DNA of 64,000 nucleotides from an uncultured virus (IMG/VR IMGVR_UViG_3300028454_001266) (taxonomy: Duplodnaviria; Heunggongvirae; Uroviricota; Caudoviricetes). This document shows, one piece after another, positions 29,700 to 38,922 of this stretch. Below the pieces are notes generated by a model. It was not told the origin of the DNA and searched no databases. It saw only the letters and a program-made list of their open reading frames with translations. The first letter of the stretch is position 1. Each line of letters begins with the position of its first letter. Position numbers and translations under genes: made by a program. The DNA lies in the IMG/VR virus record IMGVR_UViG_3300028454_001266. One strand, given 5' to 3'.

Positions 29700-31511
29700 T
29701 CACATTGTCCGCGTATACTGCTTTTCCAAGCAGGTGCTGATCAGGTCGGCGCGGTTGTCGGGATCGGCCGAGGCGGAAGAGATGACTGTCGATAACGCGG
29801 ACTCATACGGGTCCTTCGTGATCATGGCAGACGTCACCCACGCCTTCAGCTCGCGCATGCCGCAGCTGCCGTCGTTGATCATGGTCTGGCGGCAGCGGTC
29901 GGCAATATCTCTCACAACAAGCGCCATCTTCGTCGTTTCCTGCTCGTCGGTGCAGCCGGTGACGTTCATCACGCGTCTTACCATCGTGGCAAGGTCGGGG
30001 GATTCGATGTCGTAGACCAGATCCATACGCGAAATCACGCTCTGGTTCATGTCACGGCACCCTGAGTAGTCCGAGTTTGTCGTCACAATGATCACGGTGT
30101 CCGGGTGCCGCTGGACACGCTCGCCGGTCGGCAGCGTGATCTGCTGGCAGTTGTCCAGAAGCGCGTTGAGTCCGACAAGCACGCCGGGATTGGCGATGCA
30201 GGATGGCTCCTGGAGCTCACAGACATACCCGTGGCGGATGGCCTCAACGAGCGGCGTATCGACGTAGCGGATGCGTTGGCCGTGCTGTTCCTCCTTGGCC
30301 GCGAGCCTGCTGACAGCGATTTCGACGAGCTTCTGGAGCACGTCGTCTTCGGTCTTGGCATCGTCATACTCGCCGGTCAGCGCCATATAGACGGACGGCG
30401 GGTGCATGATGATGTCGGAGACGGTCGGGAGCTCGCCAAGGTCAGGATTGCCAGCGGCAGCGCCTCCGGCGTCCGGGATGAACTGGCCGATCAGGTCGCT
30501 GATCTCTGTGTTCGCGCTGCAAGTCATCAGACAGTACGGCAGATGCAAACCCGCAGCGACAGCCTGAGCGCCCATTGTCTTGCCTGTGCCCGCGATGCCG
30601 CGGAACAGGAAGTTGCGCATCGGTTGCTGTGCCGTGGACGTCATCTGGGCGTGCTCGCACACGCGCACCACCTCACGCGGGATGATGTACCAGTCCGGGA
30701 GCTGCGGAACCATGGCCTCCTCACGGGCGGTCAGAGTCCTTGTGCTCAGCTGGTAGTGACCGATAAAGTCCTCGCGCGCGTACACTTTCGCCGCAGCGGT
30801 ATGCACCGCGCCCACTTCCAGCACACTGAACGTGCCGTACACGACGCCATCAGGGGAGTAGTTCCCACTGTCGATGGCCATCCGCGACAGGGGCGTGATA
30901 TTGCCCGTCTGCGGGACGGCGAGCTTGACGCCCGCCTGCCCGACGTTTCTCGCGTTCTCGATGCGCCGGTAGATGTTGTCGCACAGCGTCAGCGCGTGCG
31001 TCAGCGCATTGTCAACGTCTGGCCAGCCGGCTTCCATGGCGGATCGCAGTTCCTCAAAATGGTCGTGGAACTCGCTGTCCTCCTCGAAGATCGGCATAAG
31101 CGCGAACAGAAGCGCTGAGCCCGAGCCCGCGCTGGGGCCAACCGTGTACGGACTCGGAACATCCGAGCCGCCTCGGAACTGCGAGGCGATGAATTTGCCG
31201 TTGTTGGGGTTGAACACCACGCAGTCGGTCTTTCCGGCAGAGCAGTACTCCGCAATGCGGTAGGAACTGCCCTGATGCCCGATAGCACCGAGGCCGGTGG
31301 TGTCATCGCCACGCGCCGCCGTGTTGACGAGGTTGGCATACGCCAGAATCGCACGCAGGGACGGCGCGTGCAGGGACGCTTTCGGCACGGAGCCCGCGCT
31401 GTTGTACTTGGACAGGCCAAAGTCTTTCATGCCGGAATACTGCGGGTCGTCAAACGGCTCCGGTAGAGACAGCTTGAACGACCAGCTCTCAAACAGTTTT
31501 CCTCTTGCCAT
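29700..31511 (-). CDS. MoxR/CobS/CbbQ-like AAA+ ATPase with long N-terminal domain
   Basis: Walker A GIAGTGKT, Walker B variant VCELQE, TTNSDY, MNQSVISR, GMREL. Confidence 0.85.
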   Translation of the reverse strand: MARGKLFESWSFKLSLPEPFDDPQYSGMKDFGLSKYNSAGSVPKASLHAPSLRAILAYANLVNTAARGDDTTGLGAIGHQGSSYRIAEYCSAGKTDCVVFNPNNGKFIASQFRGGSDVPSPYTVGPSAGSGSALLFALMPIFEEDSEFHDHFEELRSAMEAGWPDVDNALTHALTLCDNIYRRIENARNVGQAGVKLAVPQTGNITPLSRMAIDSGNYSPDGVVYGTFSVLEVGAVHTAAAKVYAREDFIGHYQLSTRTLTAREEAMVPQLPDWYIIPREVVRVCEHAQMTSTAQQPMRNFLFRGIAGTGKTMGAQAVAAGLHLPYCLMTCSANTEISDLIGQFIPDAGGAAAGNPDLGELPTVSDIIMHPPSVYMALTGEYDDAKTEDDVLQKLVEIAVSRLAAKEEQHGQRIRYVDTPLVEAIRHGYVCELQEPSCIANPGVLVGLNALLDNCQQITLPTGERVQRHPDTVIIVTTNSDYSGCRDMNQSVISRMDLVYDIESPDLATMVRRVMNVTGCTDEQETTKMALVVRDIADRCRQTMINDGSCGMRELKAWVTSAMITKDPYESALSTVISSASADPDNRADLISTCLEKQYTRTM

Positions 31512-31544
31512 CTTTCATAGCTCCTTCGTTCGTAATAGTCAGGA

Positions 31545-32363
31545 TTACCACGACAGCGCCAGACCGTCAGGCTGTACGCTCACGTCGTAGTCATCCTCTC
31601 TCAGCAGTTGGCAGAACTCGTCCCAGACGATTCTGGGCGGGAACCCGGCGATGTTATCGACGCACGACTCGGTTCCGGCTGTGGTAATGATCACATCGCC
31701 ATTGTCGTGTACCAAGGCCTTGCGATGGCCCTGCGAGTTGAGATTGTCGATTACCTCCGCCAGAGCGTTCTCGCCAACCGAGGTGTACCATGCCTTCACA
31801 TCAACGCGGTCAAGCTCCTCACCAGCCTCCAAGTCATCAGATACATCCAGCAGCGACGCATCCCCGAGGGGAGACGCCTGAAGCATGGTGATCTTGAGCT
31901 TCGCGGCTTTTGAGATTGCCACCTCACCGAAATTGAACGGTTCGGCGTTTGCCACGCGGATGCGCCACGCTCCGCCTTTGCAGAGCTCGGCGGCGGTTGG
32001 GCGCTTGATCCAGATCCATGAGACTGCCGGATAGATCGTCTTGAGCTGTTCCGTGATTCGGCAGTTGACCTGACGAATCAGAAACAGATCGTTCTCAGGC
32101 GACTGTTCCTCAGCGGCCTCCAGAATGGGAAGGATGGTGTCCGGGTCCTCCGGTTTCTTCGTGCGTTTCGGCTTCGGACTGCGCCGCTTATGCCTGCTGC
32201 GGATTGCTCTGACAAGGATGATTGCGAGCCAGAGTCCGAGCGCGCCCACCGCGATCCACTGGAATACAGGAGTGCGGAAGATCGCGCATAGGCAAGTTGC
32301 CGGGACGACCAGAATCCGAAAGAGCGTGTAGGAATCACTTCGGCGTGTGAACGCCATGCACAT
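31545..32363 (-). CDS. Hypothetical membrane protein
   Basis: Two N-terminal hydrophobic segments followed by a basic patch. Confidence 0.7.
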   Translation of the reverse strand: MCMAFTRRSDSYTLFRILVVPATCLCAIFRTPVFQWIAVGALGLWLAIILVRAIRSRHKRRSPKPKRTKKPEDPDTILPILEAAEEQSPENDLFLIRQVNCRITEQLKTIYPAVSWIWIKRPTAAELCKGGAWRIRVANAEPFNFGEVAISKAAKLKITMLQASPLGDASLLDVSDDLEAGEELDRVDVKAWYTSVGENALAEVIDNLNSQGHRKALVHDNGDVIITTAGTESCVDNIAGFPPRIVWDEFCQLLREDDYDVSVQPDGLALSW

Positions 32364-32401
32364 TCAGTCCTTTCATTTGAGATTTCTCGCAAGACAGAAA
32401 A

Positions 32402-32440
32402 AGAGAGCTGCAAGTGCGTTGAAATCACTCACAGCTCTCT
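32402..32440 (-). terminator. Terminator downstream of ssb
   Basis: AGAGAGCTG...CAGCTCTCT with a T-tail on the minus strand. Confidence 0.6.
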
Positions 32441-32455
32441 ATTTGATCTGCCTGC

Positions 32456-32887
32456 TCACAGGGGAAGCTCGTCTTCGTCGCCGACGGTCTGTTCCGGGTT
32501 GACCTTGCCGGGCTGCTGGGGAGCGGCAGGGGCGGCAGCGTTGCTGTCGGTGCCCGTCTGCTCATCGCCCTTGGGCTTGCTGCCGACGTAATGCCAGTCC
32601 AGAATACCCACGTCCACGGACGTCCGGGAGTTCCCGTCGCGGTCCGTGTACTCGCGGATGGTCTGGTTGCCGGAGATGTGGATCATGCGGCCCTTGCTGA
32701 TACCGGCCTTGGTGATGCGGTTCGCCATCGCTTCGCCGCCAGTGCAGTTGTAGAACGAGGCATTCTCCTGTTCTCCGAACTTCTGGTTGACGACGAGGCG
32801 GAACGTGACGAACTTACGGTCTCCGTTCCCAGTCTTGATTTCCGGATCGTTTACGACGCGACCCTCCAGGTTGATGCTTGCGTACAT
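32456..32887 (-). CDS. ssb: Single-stranded DNA-binding protein
   Basis: INLEGRVVNDPEIK, FRLVVN, YTDRDG; acidic tail EDELPL. Confidence 0.9.
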   Translation of the reverse strand: MYASINLEGRVVNDPEIKTGNGDRKFVTFRLVVNQKFGEQENASFYNCTGGEAMANRITKAGISKGRMIHISGNQTIREYTDRDGNSRTSVDVGILDWHYVGSKPKGDEQTGTDSNAAAPAAPQQPGKVNPEQTVGDEDELPL

Positions 32888-33142
32888 GCTGATGCCACCT
32901 TTCATAAAATATATTCCAAACGCCGCGAACGGCCGCCTGGTCAGAATGATTCAGTATCCCGCTGCCCATTGGCAGACGGAAAGGATACTGTAGCGCCTGA
33001 GACTTCGCTCAAAGGCTGACTGCTTAGTAAGCTCCTTGCGGAGAGGCAAAATCTAATAAGTACAGGGATATCCTACCATCCCCGCAAAGAAAGCTCTACA
33101 ATACCGAAATCCGGCAGGAAGGGTGCAAAAACGTGCAGGAAC

Positions 33143-33595
33143 TCAGTTCAGCAGTTCATAACCGAGCAGGATTGCCGGCTGTCGAAGGCTCTTTGGCAGC
33201 CACTCGTTGCAGTCGAAGATCCCGGACGGCCTTATAAGGTAGACCTTGTAGTGCCTGCCCAAGTAAAACCAGTCTCGGCCGGCGACGTCAACTATGTGCT
33301 CCTCGTTGTATTCGGGGTCAAGGATGGTTAGGGTATGTCGGCTTCGAAACGGTATGTGCTTATCAGAAAGCACAACGCCTTGATAGGTGGTGAAACGTCT
33401 GGATTGGATTCGATCCAGCAGTCCAAGGAGCTTGACAGTCCCAATCACTCCGATTGCCAACGAGAGTAGGCAGAGTCGGGCATCCTGACCGAATGTTCCG
33501 TAGGCCAGACCGACAAGGGACATGGTTCCGTAGATCAGGCCGAGCTTCCAAAGGGTTTTGCGCAGCGGCGCGGGAATGGGTGTGCAGAAGGACAT
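33143..33595 (-). CDS. Hypothetical membrane protein
   Basis: Two TM helices; GGAGG RBS. Confidence 0.65.
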   Translation of the reverse strand: MSFCTPIPAPLRKTLWKLGLIYGTMSLVGLAYGTFGQDARLCLLSLAIGVIGTVKLLGLLDRIQSRRFTTYQGVVLSDKHIPFRSRHTLTILDPEYNEEHIVDVAGRDWFYLGRHYKVYLIRPSGIFDCNEWLPKSLRQPAILLGYELLN

Positions 33596-33638
33596 TGTTT
33601 TTTACCTCCGTTTTGTGATGATAGATGGTATATGAAAA

Positions 33639-33672
33639 CAGCTGCGACCGTCACACGCATCGGCCGCAGCTG
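33639..33672 (-). terminator. Terminator-like hairpin
   Basis: CAGCTGCG...CGCAGCTG followed by TTTT on the minus strand. Confidence 0.55.
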
Positions 33673-33700
33673 GTATTTTGGATGAATTCATATAGGTGGC

Positions 33701-33880
33701 TCAAACCTCCACGGGCACGCACTCATGGCTGAGGACACCAATCTGGGCAATGCCTACCCGGATGAAGTGCAGCAGCTCATCAGATGGAGCTCGCTGGGTG
33801 TTGAAGACCTCGTATTCCTCGCCGACATGCGGGCGCACCTCTGCCGGAACCGGCAGCTCGGCTGTGATTCGTATTCTCAT
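33701..33880 (-). CDS. Small hypothetical protein (59 aa)
   Basis: MRIRITAELPVP...; AAGGAGG RBS. Confidence 0.6.
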   Translation of the reverse strand: MRIRITAELPVPAEVRPHVGEEYEVFNTQRAPSDELLHFIRVGIAQIGVLSHECVPVEV

Positions 33881-33899
33881 AACGTCCTCCTTCCGCGCA

Positions 33900-34583
33900 T
33901 CATGCCAGTTCCAGGATGACCTTTCGGCTGAGATACAGGTTTGAAACAGCCTGAAGGACGCTGTTGGTGAATGGGGAGAGCATCTCCTCACTGGCGATGT
34001 GCGCCTGATCGTTGTCCTCTTCAGGATACACGGCGGCGATGACCTTCTCCGGCGTGCTGACATCCTCGATGCCGCGCTCGAAGCAGCGGATCAGCTCCGA
34101 CGTGCTCAGCGGCGTCTGCTCGATGAGCGCAAGTATGCGGGCCTCGTCATTGCTGCCGCGCGGCTCCCGCAGCAAGCTGAGCATATCAAGGAACCGGAGC
34201 TTGCCGCGAAGCCAAAGCTTCAGGATTGTCCAGAACCTGCGTCCGCCGCTGAACTGATAGGGTACAACGAAGGCGTCCGACAGCATGTTGTAGAGCGCGT
34301 CACTGCCGGTATAGCCAACGCCCTTCGCAACGAGCTTGCGCCGGAGCAGGAACTCCAGCAGCTCATCAAGGCTCGGGGCTTTGACACCCAGCGCCTTGAT
34401 CTGCTCATCGTAGTACTTCTTCAGCTCGTCGTAGGTCATGAGCTCCCAAAGCAGAATGCTCCAGACGGTGAACTCAGGTATGGAAATCTCATGCAGCTTG
34501 CCAAGCTTCTGGATATACGGGACTTTATGCCCGTCTCTGGTCTTGATCCGATAGCTGCCAATGGCGGCATAGAACGTCATCAT
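33900..34583 (-). CDS. Hypothetical protein (winged-helix-like segments)
   Basis: 227-aa ORF, AAGGAGG RBS. Confidence 0.7.
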   Translation of the reverse strand: MMTFYAAIGSYRIKTRDGHKVPYIQKLGKLHEISIPEFTVWSILLWELMTYDELKKYYDEQIKALGVKAPSLDELLEFLLRRKLVAKGVGYTGSDALYNMLSDAFVVPYQFSGGRRFWTILKLWLRGKLRFLDMLSLLREPRGSNDEARILALIEQTPLSTSELIRCFERGIEDVSTPEKVIAAVYPEEDNDQAHIASEEMLSPFTNSVLQAVSNLYLSRKVILELA

Positions 34584-34648
34584 GGTCGTGACCTCCTTGA
34601 TCGTGGTTTCTGTGTATTCTTACGCAGGAGAAGCACGAAGAACAACTT

Positions 34649-35209
34649 TCATGAGATCGCGGCTATGAATTCCGGCTCAGCATACAGCTTTTTGCGGGCC
34701 TTTGAGATCCACGCGTTGACGTTGTGGACGTTGGTCCCGTACTTCTCGGCAATCTCTGGCGTGCTGTAGCCGAGCGATTTCAGCTCGATGGCCTCGATAC
34801 CGCGAAGGAATATGCCGGTATATCTGGCTTTGCAGGCGCGGAAGACCTCGGACGCCTGCTTCGCGTCCAGAGCATCCTCGTAGTTTGGATGAACGGGCGG
34901 CAGGACGTATTCTGCGAGCTCGCCGTCGTCTTCGGTCGCGAAAGCATTTCTGTGCTGGGAGAAGGTTCCTTCCTTGCGCAGCCGATCCAGAACGGCATTG
35001 TAGATGCAAAGGCAGGCGAAGGGATCGAACTCACCCTTGCTCGGCTGATAGGCCATAGCTGCCTTGCACAGTGCCTCACAGCCAATTGCGTAGCATTCGT
35101 CGTAAGTGAATATGCCGTTGGTCGGCACATTGATGCGGAATCTGAGCACCCAGTCCACGAGCCCTATGTTCTGCTCAACGAGCGTCTTCTGATATTCAGT
35201 CATCATCAT
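34649..35209 (-). CDS. Sigma-70 family (ECF-like) sigma factor
   Basis: LVEQNIGLV, ALCKAAMAY...F..FA..CIYNAVLD.LR, GYSTPEIAEKYG...WISKARKKL. Confidence 0.85.
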   Translation of the reverse strand: MMMTEYQKTLVEQNIGLVDWVLRFRINVPTNGIFTYDECYAIGCEALCKAAMAYQPSKGEFDPFACLCIYNAVLDRLRKEGTFSQHRNAFATEDDGELAEYVLPPVHPNYEDALDAKQASEVFRACKARYTGIFLRGIEAIELKSLGYSTPEIAEKYGTNVHNVNAWISKARKKLYAEPEFIAAIS

Positions 35210-35230
35210 GACTAGCACCTCCATTTTTTC

Positions 35231-35659
35231 TCAGCTGACCGATTTCTGGCGCAGCGCCAGCAGCCGGTCACATTCTTTGATCAGAGCCTTGCAGCGATAC
35301 TCGCCGAACATCCCGATATGCGCTTCCTGCAAGGGGATGTTGAAGTAGTCCGCCATCCATCGGTAGGCGGTGTCCCGATGCATGACACCGGACTGCCAGA
35401 GCTGGTCGAACTTGCGGTGCGCACGGATGCGCAGGTTTCGCAAATCGCCGTTCGCCAGATTCCCCAGCGGTACGCGTGTGCCCGGGTGCATTCCGACATA
35501 CGACTTGCACTGGGGATAGTTGGAGCACACATACAGCTCGCCGGGCTTGTTCGGATCGCCGTAAATCTCAGAAGCCGGGCGGATAACCGCCAAGGCTCCG
35601 CAATGCGGGCATCTGAGCTGCTGCGGCCGCATCTTCGCTTGCTTTTTCTTGTTTTTCAT
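35231..35659 (-). CDS. DUF3268-like zinc-finger protein
   Basis: CPHCG...C..YP.CKSYVGMH...LG.LA..LR..AHRKFD.LW...AY.WMA...AHIG. Confidence 0.8.
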   Translation of the reverse strand: MKNKKKQAKMRPQQLRCPHCGALAVIRPASEIYGDPNKPGELYVCSNYPQCKSYVGMHPGTRVPLGNLANGDLRNLRIRAHRKFDQLWQSGVMHRDTAYRWMADYFNIPLQEAHIGMFGEYRCKALIKECDRLLALRQKSVS

Positions 35660-35816
35660 AGGGCATACGCCTCCTTTTTTGATTTCGCGGGGAGTACACT
35701 CAGGAAATCCCGGATACTCCCCTCCTAGAAATGTGAATTTTTTGTAAACAAAAAGAGCAACCAGCGGTTTGGCTGATTGCTCCTGACAGGATTTTTGATT
35801 TTTCAGGGTTTTCATG

Positions 35817-35863
35817 CTATAGTACGGATTAAGGGACAGTAGTTCCTGTATGATACGGGACAG
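35817..35863 (+). promoter_or_regulatory. Shared promoter motif, copy 2 (upstream of WYL gene), plus an extra GGGACAG half-site over the likely start site
   Basis: CTATAGTACGGATTAAGGGACAGTAG-ttcctg-TATGAT then acGGGACAG; 22/26 match to the uvrD copy. Confidence 0.7.
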
Positions 35864-35919
35864 AAAGGGCGTAAGGGTGTTTCTGAGAGGCAAGCCCGAT
35901 AGTTTAAGGAGGCTGTAGA

Positions 35920-36909
35920 ATGGCACGATCTTCCAACCAGAAGCTGAAGCTCCTGTACATCATGGACTACCTGCTTCAGAATACCGATCCAGAGCATATG
36001 GTATCCACCAAGCAGATCATCGAGTATCTGGAACAGCAGGGGGTCTCCGCCGAGCGGAAAAGCGTCTACGACGATATTGAGCTCCTTCGCCTGTACGGGA
36101 TTGACATTGAGCAGGAAAGCAGCGGCCGATATCAGCGGTACTACGTGTCTTCGCGCAACTTTGAGCTTCCCGAGCTGAAGCTGTTGGTGGACAGCGTTCA
36201 GTCGTCGAAGTTCATCACGCATAAGAAGACTGCTTCCCTGATTCGGAAGATTGAAAAGCTGGCCAGCACCTATGAGGCGCAGCTCCTCCAGCGCCAGGTC
36301 TACGTTACCGGCAGAATCAAGGCGATGAACGAGTCGATCTACTACAACGTGGACGCCATCCACGTCGGGATCACGCAGGACAGAAAAATCAAGTTCAAGT
36401 ACTTCGACTACAGCGTGGACAAGCAGCGGAAGTACCGCAAGGACGGTGCGTTCTATGTGGTTAGCCCCTTCGCGCTTACCTGGGACAGCGCTAACTACTA
36501 TTTGGTTGCCTTTGACTCCGAGGCGGGGTTCATCAAGCACTACCGCGTTGATAAGATGACCGACATCTCCACCATCGACGAGCCCCGAGACGGTTTGAAG
36601 GCATACAAGGAGCTTGATATGGCCGCCTACGGCAAGAAGGTCTTCGGGATGTTCTCCGGCGATGAGGAGACCGTGCAGCTACGCTTTACCAATAACCTGG
36701 TCGGCGCGGTGCTTGACCGGCTTGGTCAGGACATCACCATCATCCCTGACGGTGACGAGCACTTCACGGTCAGTGCGCAGGTGGTTGTGAGCCCGCAGTT
36801 CTTCGCGTGGGTATTCGGGTTCGCGGGCGGAGCGACCGTTATTGGGCCGCAGGATGTGGTTGAACGGATGCGGGAGCAGTGTAAAACGGTTTCCGATCAG
36901 TACGAGTAA
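35920..36909 (+). CDS. WYL-domain transcriptional regulator (wHTH-WYL-WCX, PafB/C-like)
   Basis: N-terminal wHTH (ERKSVYDDIELL), VSPFAL.W...YYLVA...YRVDKM WYL motif, C-terminal FFAWVFGF...VIGPQ WCX. Confidence 0.92.
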   Translation: MARSSNQKLKLLYIMDYLLQNTDPEHMVSTKQIIEYLEQQGVSAERKSVYDDIELLRLYGIDIEQESSGRYQRYYVSSRNFELPELKLLVDSVQSSKFITHKKTASLIRKIEKLASTYEAQLLQRQVYVTGRIKAMNESIYYNVDAIHVGITQDRKIKFKYFDYSVDKQRKYRKDGAFYVVSPFALTWDSANYYLVAFDSEAGFIKHYRVDKMTDISTIDEPRDGLKAYKELDMAAYGKKVFGMFSGDEETVQLRFTNNLVGAVLDRLGQDITIIPDGDEHFTVSAQVVVSPQFFAWVFGFAGGATVIGPQDVVERMREQCKTVSDQYE

Positions 36910-36945
36910 CACAATCCAATAGAGCAGCCAAGAGGAGGTGGACGA

Positions 36946-38301
36946 ATGCTTGTCATCACTGATATGGAGTGGGTTCGCAATGCATCCGGCGCTACTTGGC
37001 TGACGCAGCTGTATGCGGAGCGAGTAACTGACGCTTGGGAGACCGTGGACTCTTTCGACGCAATCATCCGTCCGCCCAGCATCACGAGCTTCGCATCGGA
37101 TCATGTCGCGTTCAACGGCTATGCTTGGGAGGCATTCCTGCGCGGCGAGCAGGAGGCTGATGCCCTCACCAGATTTGCTTCTTGGCTGCGTGATGATGAC
37201 GTGATTTGCTTTTGGCATCAGACCAGCGACGAGCTGCTGCGGCGCAAGTGGCCGGAGTTTTTCGGGAGGAAGCTTGAGTGGCAGACGCATACGCTCCAGC
37301 ATGTTGTTCTGAGTGCCCTCGGTCCAGATGCGCAGGTGATCGGCAATCCGTATGTGATCGCAAGGGTAGCGGGCGTGGATGCACCCCGGCCGGAACACTG
37401 CGCAGCGAATGACGTGTGCCTTGTGAATCGGCTGTGCGTACACTTTGGAATCGGTCAGGAGCAGGTACTTACGCAGAAGCCTGAGCCGCTCAAGCCCAAG
37501 CCCGTGCTGGATCTGGAGGCGAGAAAGCGCAGAAACGCAAGCATCCAGCAGAAGATGCAGTGCAACTATGTCTACACGCCGGACTCTGAAATCTTCCACG
37601 CAAAAGGGTGCAGCACACTTACATACGCCAAAACACTTCAGGGCTGCGGTCATTATCTGAGAGCGTCGAAGTTCCGAAGGCCCTGCAAACTCTGCAAGCC
37701 TCAGCCGGACAGCTCCATTTTGCCTGACGAGCCGAAGCCGCCTGTCCTGATCAGATCGCAAACCAGCGAAAGGATAGAGGCGCGGCTCTTTACCGGGGAG
37801 CATGTGGTCCTGAAACGTGGGCGTATAGTTGGCTGCTGCCATAACAATATTCACCCGGGGAAGATGACGAAGGGTCTTCTCAAGCAGCACGACTGCCTTG
37901 GCAAGCAGTGCCGATTCTTCGAGAAATACGAAGACAGCCCGTACTGGGAGAATGATCGAAACCGCAAGAAGGAGCGCGAGAAGGCCAAGCAGAAGAAGAA
38001 AGAACAGCGAGCCGCCGCCATCGCGGAGGAGGAATCCCTTCGGAGCATCGGCGATGCGCTTCGGGAGTGTATCCCGGAAGAGGAAGACCACTTGGAAATC
38101 ATCCGTGTTGAACGCGTGAGCGCGACTGTGATCACGGTGTTCTATGTCTCCGACAACCGATTCGCCGATGGAAACAGGTTCCCCACATTTCTGGAGACTG
38201 CGCAGCGGAACCACCCGGCGTGGCATCTGCGGCTTAGACACATCAAGGATCTGGACGGGCACTTCGTCACGCGGGATGAGTTCCGATCCAGAAAGCGATA
38301 G
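36946..38301 (+). CDS. DEDDh-like exonuclease fused to Ada-like and other Cys/His domains
   Basis: ITDMEW, HCAAND; IFHAKGC...RPCKLCKP; GCCHNNIH...HDCLGKQC. Confidence 0.65.
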   Translation: MLVITDMEWVRNASGATWLTQLYAERVTDAWETVDSFDAIIRPPSITSFASDHVAFNGYAWEAFLRGEQEADALTRFASWLRDDDVICFWHQTSDELLRRKWPEFFGRKLEWQTHTLQHVVLSALGPDAQVIGNPYVIARVAGVDAPRPEHCAANDVCLVNRLCVHFGIGQEQVLTQKPEPLKPKPVLDLEARKRRNASIQQKMQCNYVYTPDSEIFHAKGCSTLTYAKTLQGCGHYLRASKFRRPCKLCKPQPDSSILPDEPKPPVLIRSQTSERIEARLFTGEHVVLKRGRIVGCCHNNIHPGKMTKGLLKQHDCLGKQCRFFEKYEDSPYWENDRNRKKEREKAKQKKKEQRAAAIAEEESLRSIGDALRECIPEEEDHLEIIRVERVSATVITVFYVSDNRFADGNRFPTFLETAQRNHPAWHLRLRHIKDLDGHFVTRDEFRSRKR

Positions 38302-38336
38302 CTCCGGTTGGAAGCAAGGAGGGAGGTTGGGAGATC

Positions 38337-38558
38337 ATGACAAAAGCACAATGCGGCAGGTGCAGAGCGCGAATTGACGGCCACGTGTACTCTGAAGAGC
38401 AAATGGCGGGCTACTGCAAGGAATGCAAGTACCTCAAGCGCTTGGAAAGCCCCGGCATGACAGTCATTCCCGTTTATGCCATGGAAACCATAGCGAAGGC
38501 GGCGTCGAGCAATTCTCCCATCCTTACTAGGCACGGCATGATCGTCCTCGGTGCGTAA
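38337..38558 (+). CDS. Small Zn-ribbon protein
   Basis: CGRC...CKEC; GGAGG RBS. Confidence 0.55.
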   Translation: MTKAQCGRCRARIDGHVYSEEQMAGYCKECKYLKRLESPGMTVIPVYAMETIAKAASSNSPILTRHGMIVLGA

Positions 38559-38628
38559 CCCAGCCCAAAAAGAAATCCGATGCCCCGTTTGTGAGGCATC
38601 GAATGAACTGCAATTCAAGATTCCGGGC

Positions 38629-38680
38629 AAGACCAATCCCACGAGTCCGCAGCTTTTGGCGTACCCGTGGGATTGTCTTG
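38629..38680. terminator. Hairpin between convergent genes
   Basis: AAGACCAATCCCACG...CGTGGGATTGTCTT. Confidence 0.55.
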
Positions 38681-38700
38681 GCTGCGCCTAGAAGGATAGG

Positions 38701-38886
38701 TCAGCCGTCGTCGAATATGGCATCCAGGAACTCCAGCTCGTCGAACCAACTCAGATCATCCTGCTGCGGTTTCGCGGTTTTGAGCGGTTTGAACTCAGTT
38801 TTCTTTTTGCCTTTGGGATGCTTATGGCTTTTTGCGCTGGTACAGACCTCGGCAGCATCCTGACGAGCTCTTTTGAAAAAGAACAT
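38701..38886 (-). CDS. Small hypothetical protein
   Basis: Basic N-terminus, acidic C-terminus LSWFDELEFLDAIFDD; AAGGAG RBS. Confidence 0.55.
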   Translation of the reverse strand: MFFFKRARQDAAEVCTSAKSHKHPKGKKKTEFKPLKTAKPQQDDLSWFDELEFLDAIFDDG

Positions 38887-38922
38887 CTGAATCCCTCTCC
38901 TTCACTCACAGCATGCCGATTG

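Noticed and set aside
26794..31511. Cobalamin cobaltochelatase CobST
   Set aside because: No other cob genes, mobile-element context and a divergent Walker B; only family-level similarity
36679..38262. 527-aa minus-strand ORF
   Set aside because: Antisense to the WYL and exonuclease genes
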